Positions 1 through 10,259 of a DNA stretch of 35,386 nt are shown in pieces. The notes beneath the pieces are model-generated. The model was not told where the DNA came from. It ran no database searches and saw only the letters and a list, made by a program, of their open reading frames with translations. Every line of letters begins with the position of its first letter. Position 1 is the first letter of the stretch. The position numbers were made by a program, and so were the translations under genes. This DNA is from Macrostomum lignano (taxonomy: Eukaryota). Location: positions 1 to 35,386 of the forward strand of contig NIVC01004770.1 of NCBI GenBank assembly GCA_002269645.1. Reading direction: 5' to 3'.

Positions 1-11
1 GACGCTGAATA

Positions 12-518
12 TTGTCCCGGACATTGAATCCTTTCGTGCCGCAGGCGGAGACTCTCCCGCTTGTCTTCTTTCACTTTGTGCTGATCCTGATGGTGCCGAT
101 TTTCTTTATTAATTTCATCATCGGCCTCCTGTCGATGCATCTGTCCAGCGTCAAGGAATTCTTCGATGACAGCCGCGCTATGCTTCTCATCGAGTTCGGC
201 TGCCAGGTGGAGTTCGTGAAGTTTGCGCTGGGCAGGATCGCGCCCTGCTGCAAGAGCAAGACGAAGCCTTTCTACTTGTTGTCTTGCGGCTCCGTGAATG
301 AGAGGAGCCCAGTATTCTCCATCGCTGGCATCCAAGACCTGAGCGAGCGCGCAATGGGACACCGACTAGGACTCCGGCGGCTTTCCGGACCACAAGACCG
401 CTTTCAACGAGTGCAGAACATTCGTCGTGTGGGCACCAACCGCAAATATGAATGCACTTTGACCTTTTTGCATCCTTTGGATTGGATTTTTTTCTACTTT
501 ATTAAATGCTTTAGATAG
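12..518 (+). CDS. Probable host exon encoding a membrane-protein segment resembling the S6 helix/TRP-box region of TRP-like cation channels (partial; exon limits uncertain)
   Basis: The ORF contains a hydrophobic helix LVFFHFVLILMVPIFFINFIIGLLS, resembling the TRP S6 pattern (I/L)xxN(M/F)(L/I)I(A/G)(M/L), followed by a polar stretch. There is a possible acceptor ...gccgcag| at 39-43. The 3' third of the ORF may be intron read-through. Confidence 0.4.
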   Translation: MSRTLNPFVPQAETLPLVFFHFVLILMVPIFFINFIIGLLSMHLSSVKEFFDDSRAMLLIEFGCQVEFVKFALGRIAPCCKSKTKPFYLLSCGSVNERSPVFSIAGIQDLSERAMGHRLGLRRLSGPQDRFQRVQNIRRVGTNRKYECTLTFLHPLDWIFFYFIKCFR

Positions 519-1139
519 ATAGACAGAGGTTCTCAGCACTTGAACTCAACATCCTGCACCTTTTTGTTCGCCGTAGTTGCGAGATGCGTTGCCAGGGAGG
601 TACGCAGGCCATGCCAACCCCCCGCCCCGTGAGAGAAGTTCATGCAAGCATAAAATGTTTGTACCACTTCACATCTAGCATTAGATTGCGCACCTATTAT
701 ACGCGTAAAGCATAGAGTAGAGTTTTATTTTCCCGGATAATTTATTGCTGTGACTGCTTTTTCTGTTCTTGTCCGGCCATTCAGTATCCTGCCACTAATT
801 TGTCAGCACCATGAGCGCCACGCCCAGAAATATTGGGACAGAAATTTCTGTAATATCTTACTGTTTCACTCATCGCTAGAACCACTCATTAGCAGGATTG
901 CGCCTTGAGTCTTTTTGGCTACTTAGACGAATGAGTGCTGATTTTCCAAAGCTTCAAGCATGCGGGCACAGCCCGGCACCCATTGCGAATCCCGAAGGAC
1001 AAATAAACACTCTGGCACCTCTCTAATGAAAGTCTTTGAGCTCAAAGACGCGTCTCAGCTTCAATTTCCAAATTGAAGCAGACAAAGAGCGAAACAGAAA
1101 TGAGCAAGGCTCAAAATTCAATTAACCTGAGTGAGCTTG

Positions 1140-1186
1140 CAGACAGACACTGGGACACACAGACAGACAGAGGCAGACAGACAGGC

Positions 1187-1239
<53 letters not shown>

Positions 1240-1263
1240 GGCAGACAGACAGACAGACACAGG

Positions 1264-1297
<34 letters not shown>

Positions 1298-1311
1298 CAG
1301 GTAGACACAGG

Positions 1312-1361
<50 letters not shown>

Positions 1362-1402
1362 CAGGTAGACACAGGTAGACAGACAGACAGACATACAGAC
1401 AC
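1140..1402. repeat. (CAGA)n / (GACA)n microsatellite with interspersed CAGG, CACA and GGTA variant units
   Basis: Tandem tetranucleotide repeat visible directly. It explains the low-complexity ORFs in 1073-1402. Confidence 0.97.
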
Positions 1403-2583
1403 TTGGGGGGCAGACTTAGTTAGCAGTTTGGGCCATCATCTTGTGTCTTATTGTAAAAACTCAGTATTCAAAATGTAGACAGTATTTCAGCCTCACTGGC
1501 GAGCTCATAGTCTATGGCATGTTGAAAAAAAGCCTCTAAGGCTGAGGAGGTTTGTGCCATAAACTAAAATCGATGGCCCAGCCTTCTTCAGATTAGGCGT
1601 ACAGGCCTAGCGCTGCCAAGAGTCACCCTAGGGAGAAATTTCAACCCTCCACTGCAAAAAATCGGCTACTGTGTCAAAGAGCGGCTAGTGGGCCAGCAAC
1701 AACTTTTGCGAAAGAACTGCTGCTGCTGACGGTGAGTTTCTTGCTTTCATTCTTGAAATTGGTTTTGTGTTATACAAGTTGTGGTGGTTCTATGAAGTTT
1801 GCTACCGAGAAACTAGCTAGCCGAACTTTGCTAGCGAAGATTTTGCTAGCTGTTGCATGCCGCTTTCGTTACCAAGTCGAAGATCAGATCGTTTAATGTC
1901 AGTAGCCGGCCCTCACACACTGCCTCTCTTTTTTCTTTCCTTTATATTTCTTTTGTATAGCTTTTTGCAGTCAGTTTGAGCTTAGGAGCAGCTGACTTAA
2001 TCCAGAGTGGAAGAACGCTACACTCGAGACAAATGCTGCTGCCCCTAGTCAATGACCCAAAAGTTTGACTGGTGAGCAAAGGCTTAATCTTTGGAGCATA
2101 AACTTAGTCCTCTAATGACTGCTGAAGGCTTAGCATCGCTCTCTAACCTACAAGTCAGCAATAATGTGAGCTTGGAATATGAAAATAGCGACACTACGCT
2201 CGTAACTAAGAAACGACCCCAGACGAGCAGGGCGACGGCCTGCAACCAAGAGCATGGACAAAAATCAGTGATGAGATGCACAATCTTAGTCATCAAAGCC
2301 TTGGACAGAGGTGAGCGACCGGCCAATACAGTGCACCACAATTTCCTTTTCGAGACGACGACGACTGCCAGATTTCAGGAGATGAAACCACGCCATCAGG
2401 CGACAAAAGGTTTGATGATGATGATTATGATGATGCCGAGGAGCTGATTCAGGCAGAATAAAATCCAGATGCAAAAACGGAAAATGGACCAAGTTTATGC
2501 TCCAATGAAAAAGTCTTTGCTCACCAGTCAAACTCCAGGGCCATAAGCTAGTTGTCTCAAGTGTTAGCGTTCTGTCACTGTGG

Positions 2584-2677
2584 CAAGGACAACTTGATAA
2601 CTCAGGACCGGAAACGAGCCAATTCATGGCGAAAAAAGTATGAGGCTCGTTTAAAAGCATTGTTCTATGGCCCATCC
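2584..2677 (+). repeat. Left terminal inverted repeat (94 bp) of the P-like element
   Basis: Reverse complement of 5929-6022 except one T/C difference at 2641. Confidence 0.96.
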
Positions 2678-2982
2678 GTATGCGCATGCTTTCAGTTGCC
2701 AATGTATACGCGTATCATATTTGACTTTTTGATACGAGCGTAGGCAGTCAGAAGGCGGGTGCAGGGTCGGTTTTCTTAAATGTTGAATAGTTTTATTACA
2801 TAAAGTAACCTTCGTGAAAATACACAATGGGAAAGCTGTACATGCAGCACATGTATAAGGAAACTCGAGAAAAATTTACGATTCTTTCTTCATCTGAACT
2901 ACAAACAGAGAGGAAAATAACAGTCACAGAACGGGACAAGAGCTGACCATGATAAATAGTGAAGTGTTTGCTCCAGGTTCGC

Positions 2983-5829
2983 TCACTGTCCACTCAGCTT
3001 CAGTATTTTTCTATCGTGCACTTTATCCGGTGAAGGAGCGCTCTTTGCTCCTCGTTGAACATAACCCTTGAAGAAACAGTTGGTGAGGCGCACGCAGCAT
3101 CCCAGAACATCTGCTTCAGGGAAGTAAAACTCGCCAACGGCAGCAAACAATTTGCGCACTCGCAAAGCACATGACGGTGATTGCAGCGAAATGAAGCATC
3201 CGAAACAAAGGCAAGCAAAATTGAACAGCCACTTTGGCGGGTGCTTCAACTTTCCCCGGGAAATCATTTCAGTGAATTCACCGAGCGGGCGGGGTGTTTA
3301 AATTTTCGGCAGGATCATCACCGGCAATTTTCTCCTTAAACGTTATGTAGCCTGAAATGTTATTATTATGCCTCAGTTGTCCTTCGCCTCAGCAATCGTT
3401 ATTTCCATCCAAGTTCAAGTAACACAAATGCATGCCTTACCTGCAATATAATAAACAGATGCCTTTTCGGCCATTGATAGGCTCTCAGCTTTGACGTAGC
3501 AGTCATCGAGCGTCGAAAGTTCTTCGTCTGAAAGGGGCGTGTCGCAGCAAAGTCCTTTGTTGTGCACGAATCCATCCAGCTCTAACACTGTGTAGAGTTT
3601 CATTCGTCGGAGTCGAGCGCTGAGAAGAACTTGCTCTACTGAGATAAAGTAATTGCCTCCGCTCATTTGGCGATAAACACCAAATTCTGCTTCCAGAGGA
3701 TCACTTTGCAACTCCGCTATGAGAATGTAAGTTGCACCAGATTCGCAGAGCAGTCGTTCGCATAGTTCTATGATTGCATGAATAGTGTAAGCTAATGACC
3801 TCTTCGTCTCTGACGTCAGAGATTGGTGTCTTGTTCTTCCCTTTCCACTGCGCATCTCCTCAATCGATTCGCAAAGCGCGCGCAGGAACTTGATGTTTGG
3901 ATCTTGAACTGAATAGACAGCCCGTCTGTCTGGGTCATTAAGTCTAACATGAAGATGCGGGTTCTTGCAGTTCACAATTTTCCAGAATTTTGAAATAACG
4001 TCAATGAATGCAGCTGTTCCATTCTTCCCGTCGCATTTTAGGGCGGCAGCAACATTGTCGCAGAAAACTTGAAGAGCTAAATTGACTTTAGTCTTTTGGA
4101 CATTTGTTGGAAACACGCTTCGTATGTAATGCCTGTACGCTTAACAATGTGATTTGCTTCAGATTTATACAGTTCTACAATGTCTGACCACTTAGCCGTG
4201 ACGACTGTTGTATACTTGGGCAAACGAATGGTTAGCATTCCATCAGACTCAGACTGCCAATAGTTCCGAATTGACTTTAAAAGGTGTACAACATCATGGA
4301 GCAAAAAGAAAGTAGACTCCTGTGATTCAGATTTGCCGATCCAAGGTTTTGTCTGTTGAGCAGCAAACATCGAGAAGCACTTTCTTTTTGTGGGATGGTT
4401 GTCACACACAAGCGCTACAACGAGGCCTCCATGTTGATTGACGAGTTGAATGCACTTTCGAAGCTGATGGTACAAAAAGTCGGCGGAAAGAAGAAAAATC
4501 GGTATCAGCCTTAGAACAAATGGCTTACCGCCTAACAATGGCTTCAACATTATTGCGAGCACTGTTCGAGCAGTTTTGTTATGATTGTCTGACGCTTGGC
4601 CGAGCAGATGTTGGCACCGATAGCGAATCGATGGCTGGACATACATTTCATCGAAAATCAACACACAAGACTTCTGCTGCGGTTTCAGTTTGGCAAATGC
4701 GACCTTTACGATCTCGTGTGCATCATTTTCAGTGCCAATCTCTCCTAGACCAGCCAACTGAGTGCGTAATGTGCGTTGGTGGGGCAAAGGAAGGAGCGTC
4801 TGTGCATGCGCGTATGCAGAACTGCTAATCAGGTAAAGCAAAGCAGATTGGCGCATAGTGGCAATGTCGTATCGTCGATTGTTTGGGTGCGTTGTGGCGA
4901 ACTCGAGTAGCTTCAGGATGAATGTAACTGATGTGTCCGGTACAACTCCATCGTGGTTAAAGGCAATAGAAAGGTTCTTAGATACTGCCCTCACCTCACT
5001 TTCGACGTCCACTGTAGAGTTTTTACAACGATTTATGATAGCTTCAAGTTGCGACCAATACTTTAATGTAGGTTGAAATCCAAGCAGATCTCGAACCGCA
5101 ACTGGTGAGTGTAACCGAAAGCATCGCATGGAATGGTTTGGTGAAACGAAAACTCGCAGAACCATTTCGGCATTGGCGCTTAACGAGAAGATAAACACCT
5201 CCTCTTGAACAATTGTAACAATAAGCTGATGTGCTTTGATGACGTCTGAACAGTGAATGGATGCTCGGAATTCAGTCCACGATGGCAGCGTGTCCGCTCT
5301 CGAAATTCTACTAGTTCATCTTGGAAAAGGCATCGTTCGGACAGCAGCACGCCCCTTTCCTCAGCCTGTCGACTAGCACGCACTGCAATATCCAAGCACG
5401 CACCTTAGTGTTTCGTTTCGACCCTATTTGATGGAGTGCAAATATTTGAGCAGTAGAACTTCACAAACCTTGTGTTTGAACGAGGCAGGACTGCGGGACT
5501 CCGTCGAAAACTGATGGTGGATGTAGCGGCCTTTCATTTCTTCCCTTTTTTATCATTGGTGCATCTTGAGGCCAGTGCTTAGCACACACGCCCATGTAGT
5601 CTGTCACGGTCTAAACAACAACAAAATTGCTAATGAATTCATGTGGCCAGGCTAAATCTGATTCACAAAGCACATTTGAAGAAATTCTTACCGTCAGTTG
5701 ATTAGGCAGAGACAGTCGCCAAGCCTCTCGTTCAGTTTCATCTTTAGGAAACGAAAATACTGCAACATTCCGATCACGGTTACTATTGTAGTTTGCACAA
5801 CAAAAAATGACGCTGCATTTTCTCGGCAT
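2983..5829 (-). pseudogene. Spliced P-element-type transposase (THAP zinc finger + DDE RNase H-like core), frameshifted
   Basis: ATG at 5829. THAP MPRKCSVIFC..FSFPKD..R.AW joins in frame to GVCAKHWP..PSVF across a GT-AG intron at 5691-5611. Core motifs: LIFDEMYV, LVCDNHP, HDVVHLLKSIRNYW, QSDPLEAEFG. YIAG|YI is split by a GT-AG intron at 3440-3352. C-terminal SRGKLKHP. Frameshifts near ~5300, ~4110 and ~3285; a further short intron starts at 5468 with an uncertain acceptor. Confidence 0.9.
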
Positions 5830-5928
5830 GATATTTAGTTTCAGCAAGAATAAAAGTTCTCTCTCTCAATTGCAAGTGCATGCGAAGAACTCAATTTTAA
5901 GCTCAGATTTCTTCGCTTTCGTAGCTTT

Positions 5929-6022
5929 GGATGGGCCATAGAACAATGCTTTTAAACGAGCCTCGTACTTTTTTCGCCATGAATTGGCTCGTTTCCGGTC
6001 CTGAGTTATCAAGTTGTCCTTG
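5929..6022 (-). repeat. Right terminal inverted repeat (94 bp) of the P-like element
   Basis: Reverse complement of 2584-2677, immediately followed by the TSD CACTGTGG. Confidence 0.96.
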
Positions 6023-6426
6023 CACTGTGGATTAATTCAACTGCCCCTAAGCTCAAGCTAAGAGAAGAAAGCTATATTATCTTGAGCGCAAGGGGTATAG
6101 CAGTGTCGATGGCAACTGAAAGTAAACCTATTATAGAGATAGCTCGTATACATATTCTACACCAGCCCAGTTTGCAAAACATTTTGTACCCTAGACTAGA
6201 CAGTATACCAAAGTTAACAATTTAACATTGACACTGTTTTGCGCTACTTCTCATGAAACACTCGAAAAATCGCTCCGTTCCTGGAAAAAGAACCGATGGG
6301 TGAAACGTCTTGCGTGAACGCAGCTGTCTATGGTATGATCCACGAGCTAAATTTAGCCTAGCCACCACTACACCATTTTACCCTCGATTTTGAACAAGGA
6401 GAACTTCGAAGCTGACAAACTCCTCT

Positions 6427-6869
6427 TCAATATTGACACTCTATGGTCGGGCACTCAAAATCTACAATCAATATTGACAGATCAAGCTTCAATTTTGACA
6501 AACTCTGGTTCAATTTTGACAATGCACGTTTAGTCAACTTCTCCTGGGAGAATTCGGTAACAAAGTAATCCAATGAAAGCCTGAACGGGGCTGAAGTGAG
6601 CTGTGCAAAATCAGCTTATTCTGACTTTGCTTTTTGGATCTACAAGTATTGATAAAATTTATTTTTCTCCATCCTTTAGACACACAGACTAAAATAGCCT
6701 GACTGGTTGGGCTGCAAAGTCTGATTCTATTTTGACAGAGTTGCTTCAAAACTGACACTCCATGGTTTGTGTACCCAAAAAGTCCGCTTCATTTTTGACA
6801 ACTCCGAATCAATATTGAACAGTTAACAATCAATTTTGACTAAGACATTTTTTGAAATAGATTTTGACA
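6427..6869. repeat. Array of degenerate 12-bp motifs TCAATWTTGACA in two clusters with ~21-bp spacing
   Basis: Copies start at about 6427, 6468, 6489, 6510, then 6726, 6746, 6789, 6809, 6830, 6859. Confidence 0.8.
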
Positions 6870-6899
6870 AGTTTTACTAAGATTTCTCTCTTGAGGGGG

Positions 6900-7760
6900 G
6901 GTACTTGCTATTTGGGAGAAGGGGTACTGGCTGCATGTATCTACGAGTACATGTATGGGAATATTTCTTTAAGCTAATAAAGCTATAACCTTTCGCAAGT
7001 AGAAAGTTGAGTTCTTCAATTAATCTCTCCACCTGACCATTTGACTGATGATGTCCCGGAGGAGTAAGGGTATGGTCAGTTTTCTCACAGGAATGCTTTG
7101 AACTCTAGCAAAAAAGTGCTACTGCTGTCTTAAACGAGATTCTTCGGTATTCCTTTGTGTTTGCATGTCCTGCGAAGGGCATTATTAAGGGGGTGCCTTC
7201 ATCGACGGTATGGACTGGATTCTCACCCACTTTAAAAGGTGTCAACTAGTACCAGAAATTCTTGGCTTTTAAAAGTAGCTACGCCTACATAAACTCTTTG
7301 TAAGAAACTTTTTGCCTCTGGCCATGTTGACAGATTTGAATTTTGTACTTTTTCTGGCATGGAGCTGAAATCGCACGCAACGCTGGACGAAGGCGTTAAT
7401 CTGAGCGTCTATGATAGGCCACCGAAAGTATTGTCTCGACAGATGTAACATCTGCGAGATGCTCGAGTGGCCCTGATGAAGTAATTGAAGAATTTATTTT
7501 CTTATACTGGTAATGGAATGATGCGCAATTCCTTGAAAACTCGGCTTCGTTTTGCATTGTGTACTCGCTTGTTTCGGGAATGCAGCAGCCTGACCGGGGA
7601 GGCAAGCCACCTTGAATATATTTTATTATTTCAATTGAGTATGTCCAGTTTACAATCCTTGGTGCGTACAATCGTTTGCGGTAAATGTTCAGAATTCTTG
7701 AAGCCGTCTAGCGCATTGATTTCTAACAGATTGATCTTCTGCCATGAACTACTCAAGAAA
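6900..7760 (-). pseudogene. pol: Degenerate Gypsy pol relic (linker + integrase), same family as element D
   Basis: RQYFRWPIIDAQINAFVQRC, FLVLVDTF and LTPPGHHQSNGQVERLIEE align by eye with the integrase of D (RQYFWWPGIDTQINSFVRRC, FLVLVDAF, LTPPGHHQSNGQVERVIEE). Many stops and frameshifts. Confidence 0.8.
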
Positions 7761-7849
7761 CATATATATAGGACGCAACACTCGAAATCTATGGTAAATG
7801 TTTTGAAGGCAACTTTTCGCCGAAAAATACACTACAGAGATAAGAGGTT

Positions 7850-8095
7850 TTAATTTTCTCCCTGAGCGCCTTGACCTGATCGTCGTAAGGTGTTTCCTTG
7901 GGCTTCCTCGGCGACAGCAGGTTGCGAAGAAGCTGATAGCAGTCGTTTCCTATCACTGTTATCAGCGTCGCTCTCTTCTGCCTCTTCTTTGGTCACCTTG
8001 GTCACAACGAGGAACTGCTCGAGTCGCTCTTCGTAGGCTTCCCATTGATCCGGTTTAGCTATGTCGAACTCGGATATTTTACAACTCGTCGCCAT
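7850..8095 (-). pseudogene. gag: Gypsy gag N-terminal fragment (element H) with overlapping PBS, fused to an unrelated low-complexity tail
   Basis: MATSCKISEFDIAKPDQWEAYEERLEQFL matches the gag N-termini of B, E and G. PBS TGGCGACGAG at 8094-8085. Confidence 0.75.
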
Positions 8096-8340
8096 TGTTG
8101 TCTTCTACTTCAACAATGATTACAGCCTCAAGGCTATCATCGGACATAAAAGTCTAAGAAGCTTTGTTTAGAGTACCGCGGTTCACGGCTTATATTTTTG
8201 CCTCTAGCGAGTACACGCAGAGCCTTGCTCTTTGCGCTACTATATTTAATCGGCTCTAAAGGAAATAAAAGTTTCTACCCTAGAAAATAGACATGCAGAG
8301 AGAAATTAAATTCCGTTTAGTCTTTTTTCTATACACAACA
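8096..8340 (-). repeat. 5' LTR of element H (no partner LTR seen)
   Basis: 245-bp segment bounded by TGTTG...CAACA and directly followed on the minus strand by the PBS. Confidence 0.65.
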
Positions 8341-8615
8341 AGCTGAGGACGATTGCAGGGTTGAAACGTACGAATGAGTCACAATGTCGTTTGAGAGACA
8401 TATTTCTATTGGGTCTCTCTAATCAAGACGCACTCAAAGAGTTAGCTCGTACTCACGGAGAAACTGCCAGGATTGACTCTAAAAAGGCGATTGAAGTCGC
8501 ACAAGCCTTTGAAACTGTTCGCTCAACTGTTCGTCAAATGTGCGACAGCCAGTCGCGACCAAGCATGTTTGCCTTGTCTCCTTCGACCACTAAAACAGGA
8601 AGTTTGCACGCCTGA
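8341..8615 (+). pseudogene. gag: Short Gypsy gag (capsid C-terminal) relic, plus strand
   Basis: RLRDIFLLGLSNQDALKEL...AIEVAQAFE matches the LRDxFxxGL...A..E pattern of the other gags in the window. Confidence 0.55.
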
Positions 8616-8630
8616 TTTTCATAGGTAACT

Positions 8631-10048
8631 TCAACTCCACAACTCACTCCGGGCATCAATATCACCGCCGAGGTAATGACAAAGCCTAGTGCTCAGTGGT
8701 TCCGGTTTCAGGTGTAACAATCTCTCGTTGATGTTCTGACTATGAATTGATCTCTCTGCTCCCGTGTCCACTTCGAAAGTTACCGGGACGTTGTTGAGAA
8801 CCAGAACAACTGACGGCTTCTTCTGACCTTGAGGGGCCCAGTCACGAGCACTATTTGTGCGATAGTCCTTGCTTTCACTCTCTGATTGCTGGGAGCCAGT
8901 AGGACTTGATCTCTGCTGCGGTATAACTTGGATATTATTAGCAGCCCTGCCAAAAGAAGCAGACTTCGTTGATCTGAATGCTTCTCGACAGGGATTTTTT
9001 TCCGCACTTAAAGCAGTTTTTATTGAGAAAAGGACGGCTCTTGGCCAAATTATTAAAAGAGGAAACATCGCTTCTCTCCAGGGTCATGTGCAGTGCCAGT
9101 GCAACTCCCTGATTTGAATTTTTCAGTTCGAGCTGCTCCTTATCTTCGTGTTCACCTTGTTAACACCAGCAGCATTGGTTCTGAACTGTCGTGTATGCTT
9201 GATGGATTCTTCTAGAGTTTGAGCTGCTTCGACAGAATCATTTAACGAAGCTTTGTCCTTCAACGTGCTCAACAGACGGTTAAATATGGTTTCATCTCCA
9301 AGACCGAATACGAAAGCATCGCGTAGAGCTTGGTCAAGATACAAGGGTCACTCAAAAATTTCTTAGCCTGAAGGAGAAAACAGCAACAAGTTCAGCGAAC
9401 TAGTTTTTGACGGTTGCGTCTGAAGGACATAGATGGGTGAAAATGTTCGATAAAGTTTGAAACGAATCGGCCGGTGACTTGCCTTGCTTGAAGTGCAAGT
9501 ACATCAGTGCTCTGAAGTCGCGATTTTTCAGCTTCATTGTTGAATTAAATGACGCAAGGGGTGAACTGACTTTGACTTGCTGCAGTGGACTCAAAAGTGG
9601 CTTTTGTTAGAAAATTTTGCTGCGATGCTTTTAAAAGTTGGTCTCTACTAACACAAATTGCATGCTTCTACGTCTCATACCGTAGATCCAACTCAGGCTA
9701 AAGACTTTCTGAGTGACCCTCGTAGTTGCTGTAGGTGCAATTCATGCTCAGGCGTCGCAGCGCAGAAACGAAATCAGTTATGCTCTCGCAATCATGTTGC
9801 TTTCGATTGGAAAATCGGATGAATTGGAAAAGTTAACCGAACTTCTCGTGTGAGCATTTTTGTGGCGCAATCAAATTCTCGAGGATAGAATAGGCTTCCT
9901 CACCAATTTGTGTGATTAGATGTGCCTTCTTGTCGGCGTCTTCATTAATGCCTTGGACGACCAGATACCGTTCGAACCGCTCTGAGTATTCTTCCCAACC
10001 TCTTGGGTTGCTGCAGTTGAATGCGCCCAGGTTCGGACTCGTCACCAT
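8631..10048 (-). pseudogene. gag: Gypsy gag-protease relic (element G), interrupted by a mini-mariner
   Basis: MVTSPNLGAFNCSNPRGWEEYSERFERYL starts at 10048 with PBS-like TGGTGACGAG. Removing 9342-9724 restores ...LRRLSMNCTYSN-YLDQALRDAFVFGL. Protease motif FEVDTGAERS at ~8780. Confidence 0.8.
9342..9722 (-). mobile_element. Internally deleted mariner (Tc1/mariner) element, 381 bp
   Basis: 30-bp imperfect TIRs (C(A/G)AGGGTCACTCA..., 25/30 identical) with TA at 9340-41 and 9723-24. Internal mariner N-terminal HTH remnant RALMYLHFKQGKSPADSFQTL..PSDATVKN. Confidence 0.85.
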
Positions 10049-10053
10049 TATTT

Positions 10054-10259
10054 TGTTCCCCTACGCTCTTAAGAGTCTGAATTAGGGCGATCAGTTGAGA
10101 AATGGAGATCGAGCTTGTAGCTCATTCACGTCAACTGTATTTAAGCGCCTGTTCGTTCTCGGCCTTGGGCTCTTTTATGCGTGTGTGTACACCACTTTAA
10201 AACTCAATGAGTAGATTTCAAAGCATAGCAAAACATAACATAGCATAACACACGTAACA
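10054..10259 (-). repeat. Putative 5' LTR of element G
   Basis: TG...AACA-bounded segment lying next to the PBS at 10047. No second copy is available to confirm the limits. Confidence 0.45.

Larger units (their letters stand above)
2584..6022 (-). mobile_element. Full-length P-superfamily (THAP/THAP9-like) DNA transposon, 3439 bp
   Basis: 94-bp TIRs start CAAGGACAACTTGATAA (2584-2677 and 5929-6022, 1 mismatch). Identical 8-bp TSD CACTGTGG at 2576-2583 and 6023-6030. Internal THAP + P-type transposase. Confidence 0.95.

Noticed and set aside
1073-1402. ORFs with RQTD / SVCL repeats
   Set aside because: They are translations of the (CAGA)n microsatellite, not genes.
2091-2447. 118-aa ORF; LVIKALDRGERPA faintly resembles a pogo/CENP-B HTH_psq start
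   Set aside because: The similarity is only a few residues, with no downstream transposase and no TIRs. It is too weak to call.
2552-2743. 63-aa ORF with CHC motif
   Set aside because: It spans the TSD and left TIR of the P-like element and is non-coding terminal sequence.
6427-6869. CRISPR-like regularly spaced palindromes
   Set aside because: The 12-bp degenerate repeats with ~9-bp spacers are too short, there are no cas genes, and the context is eukaryotic.
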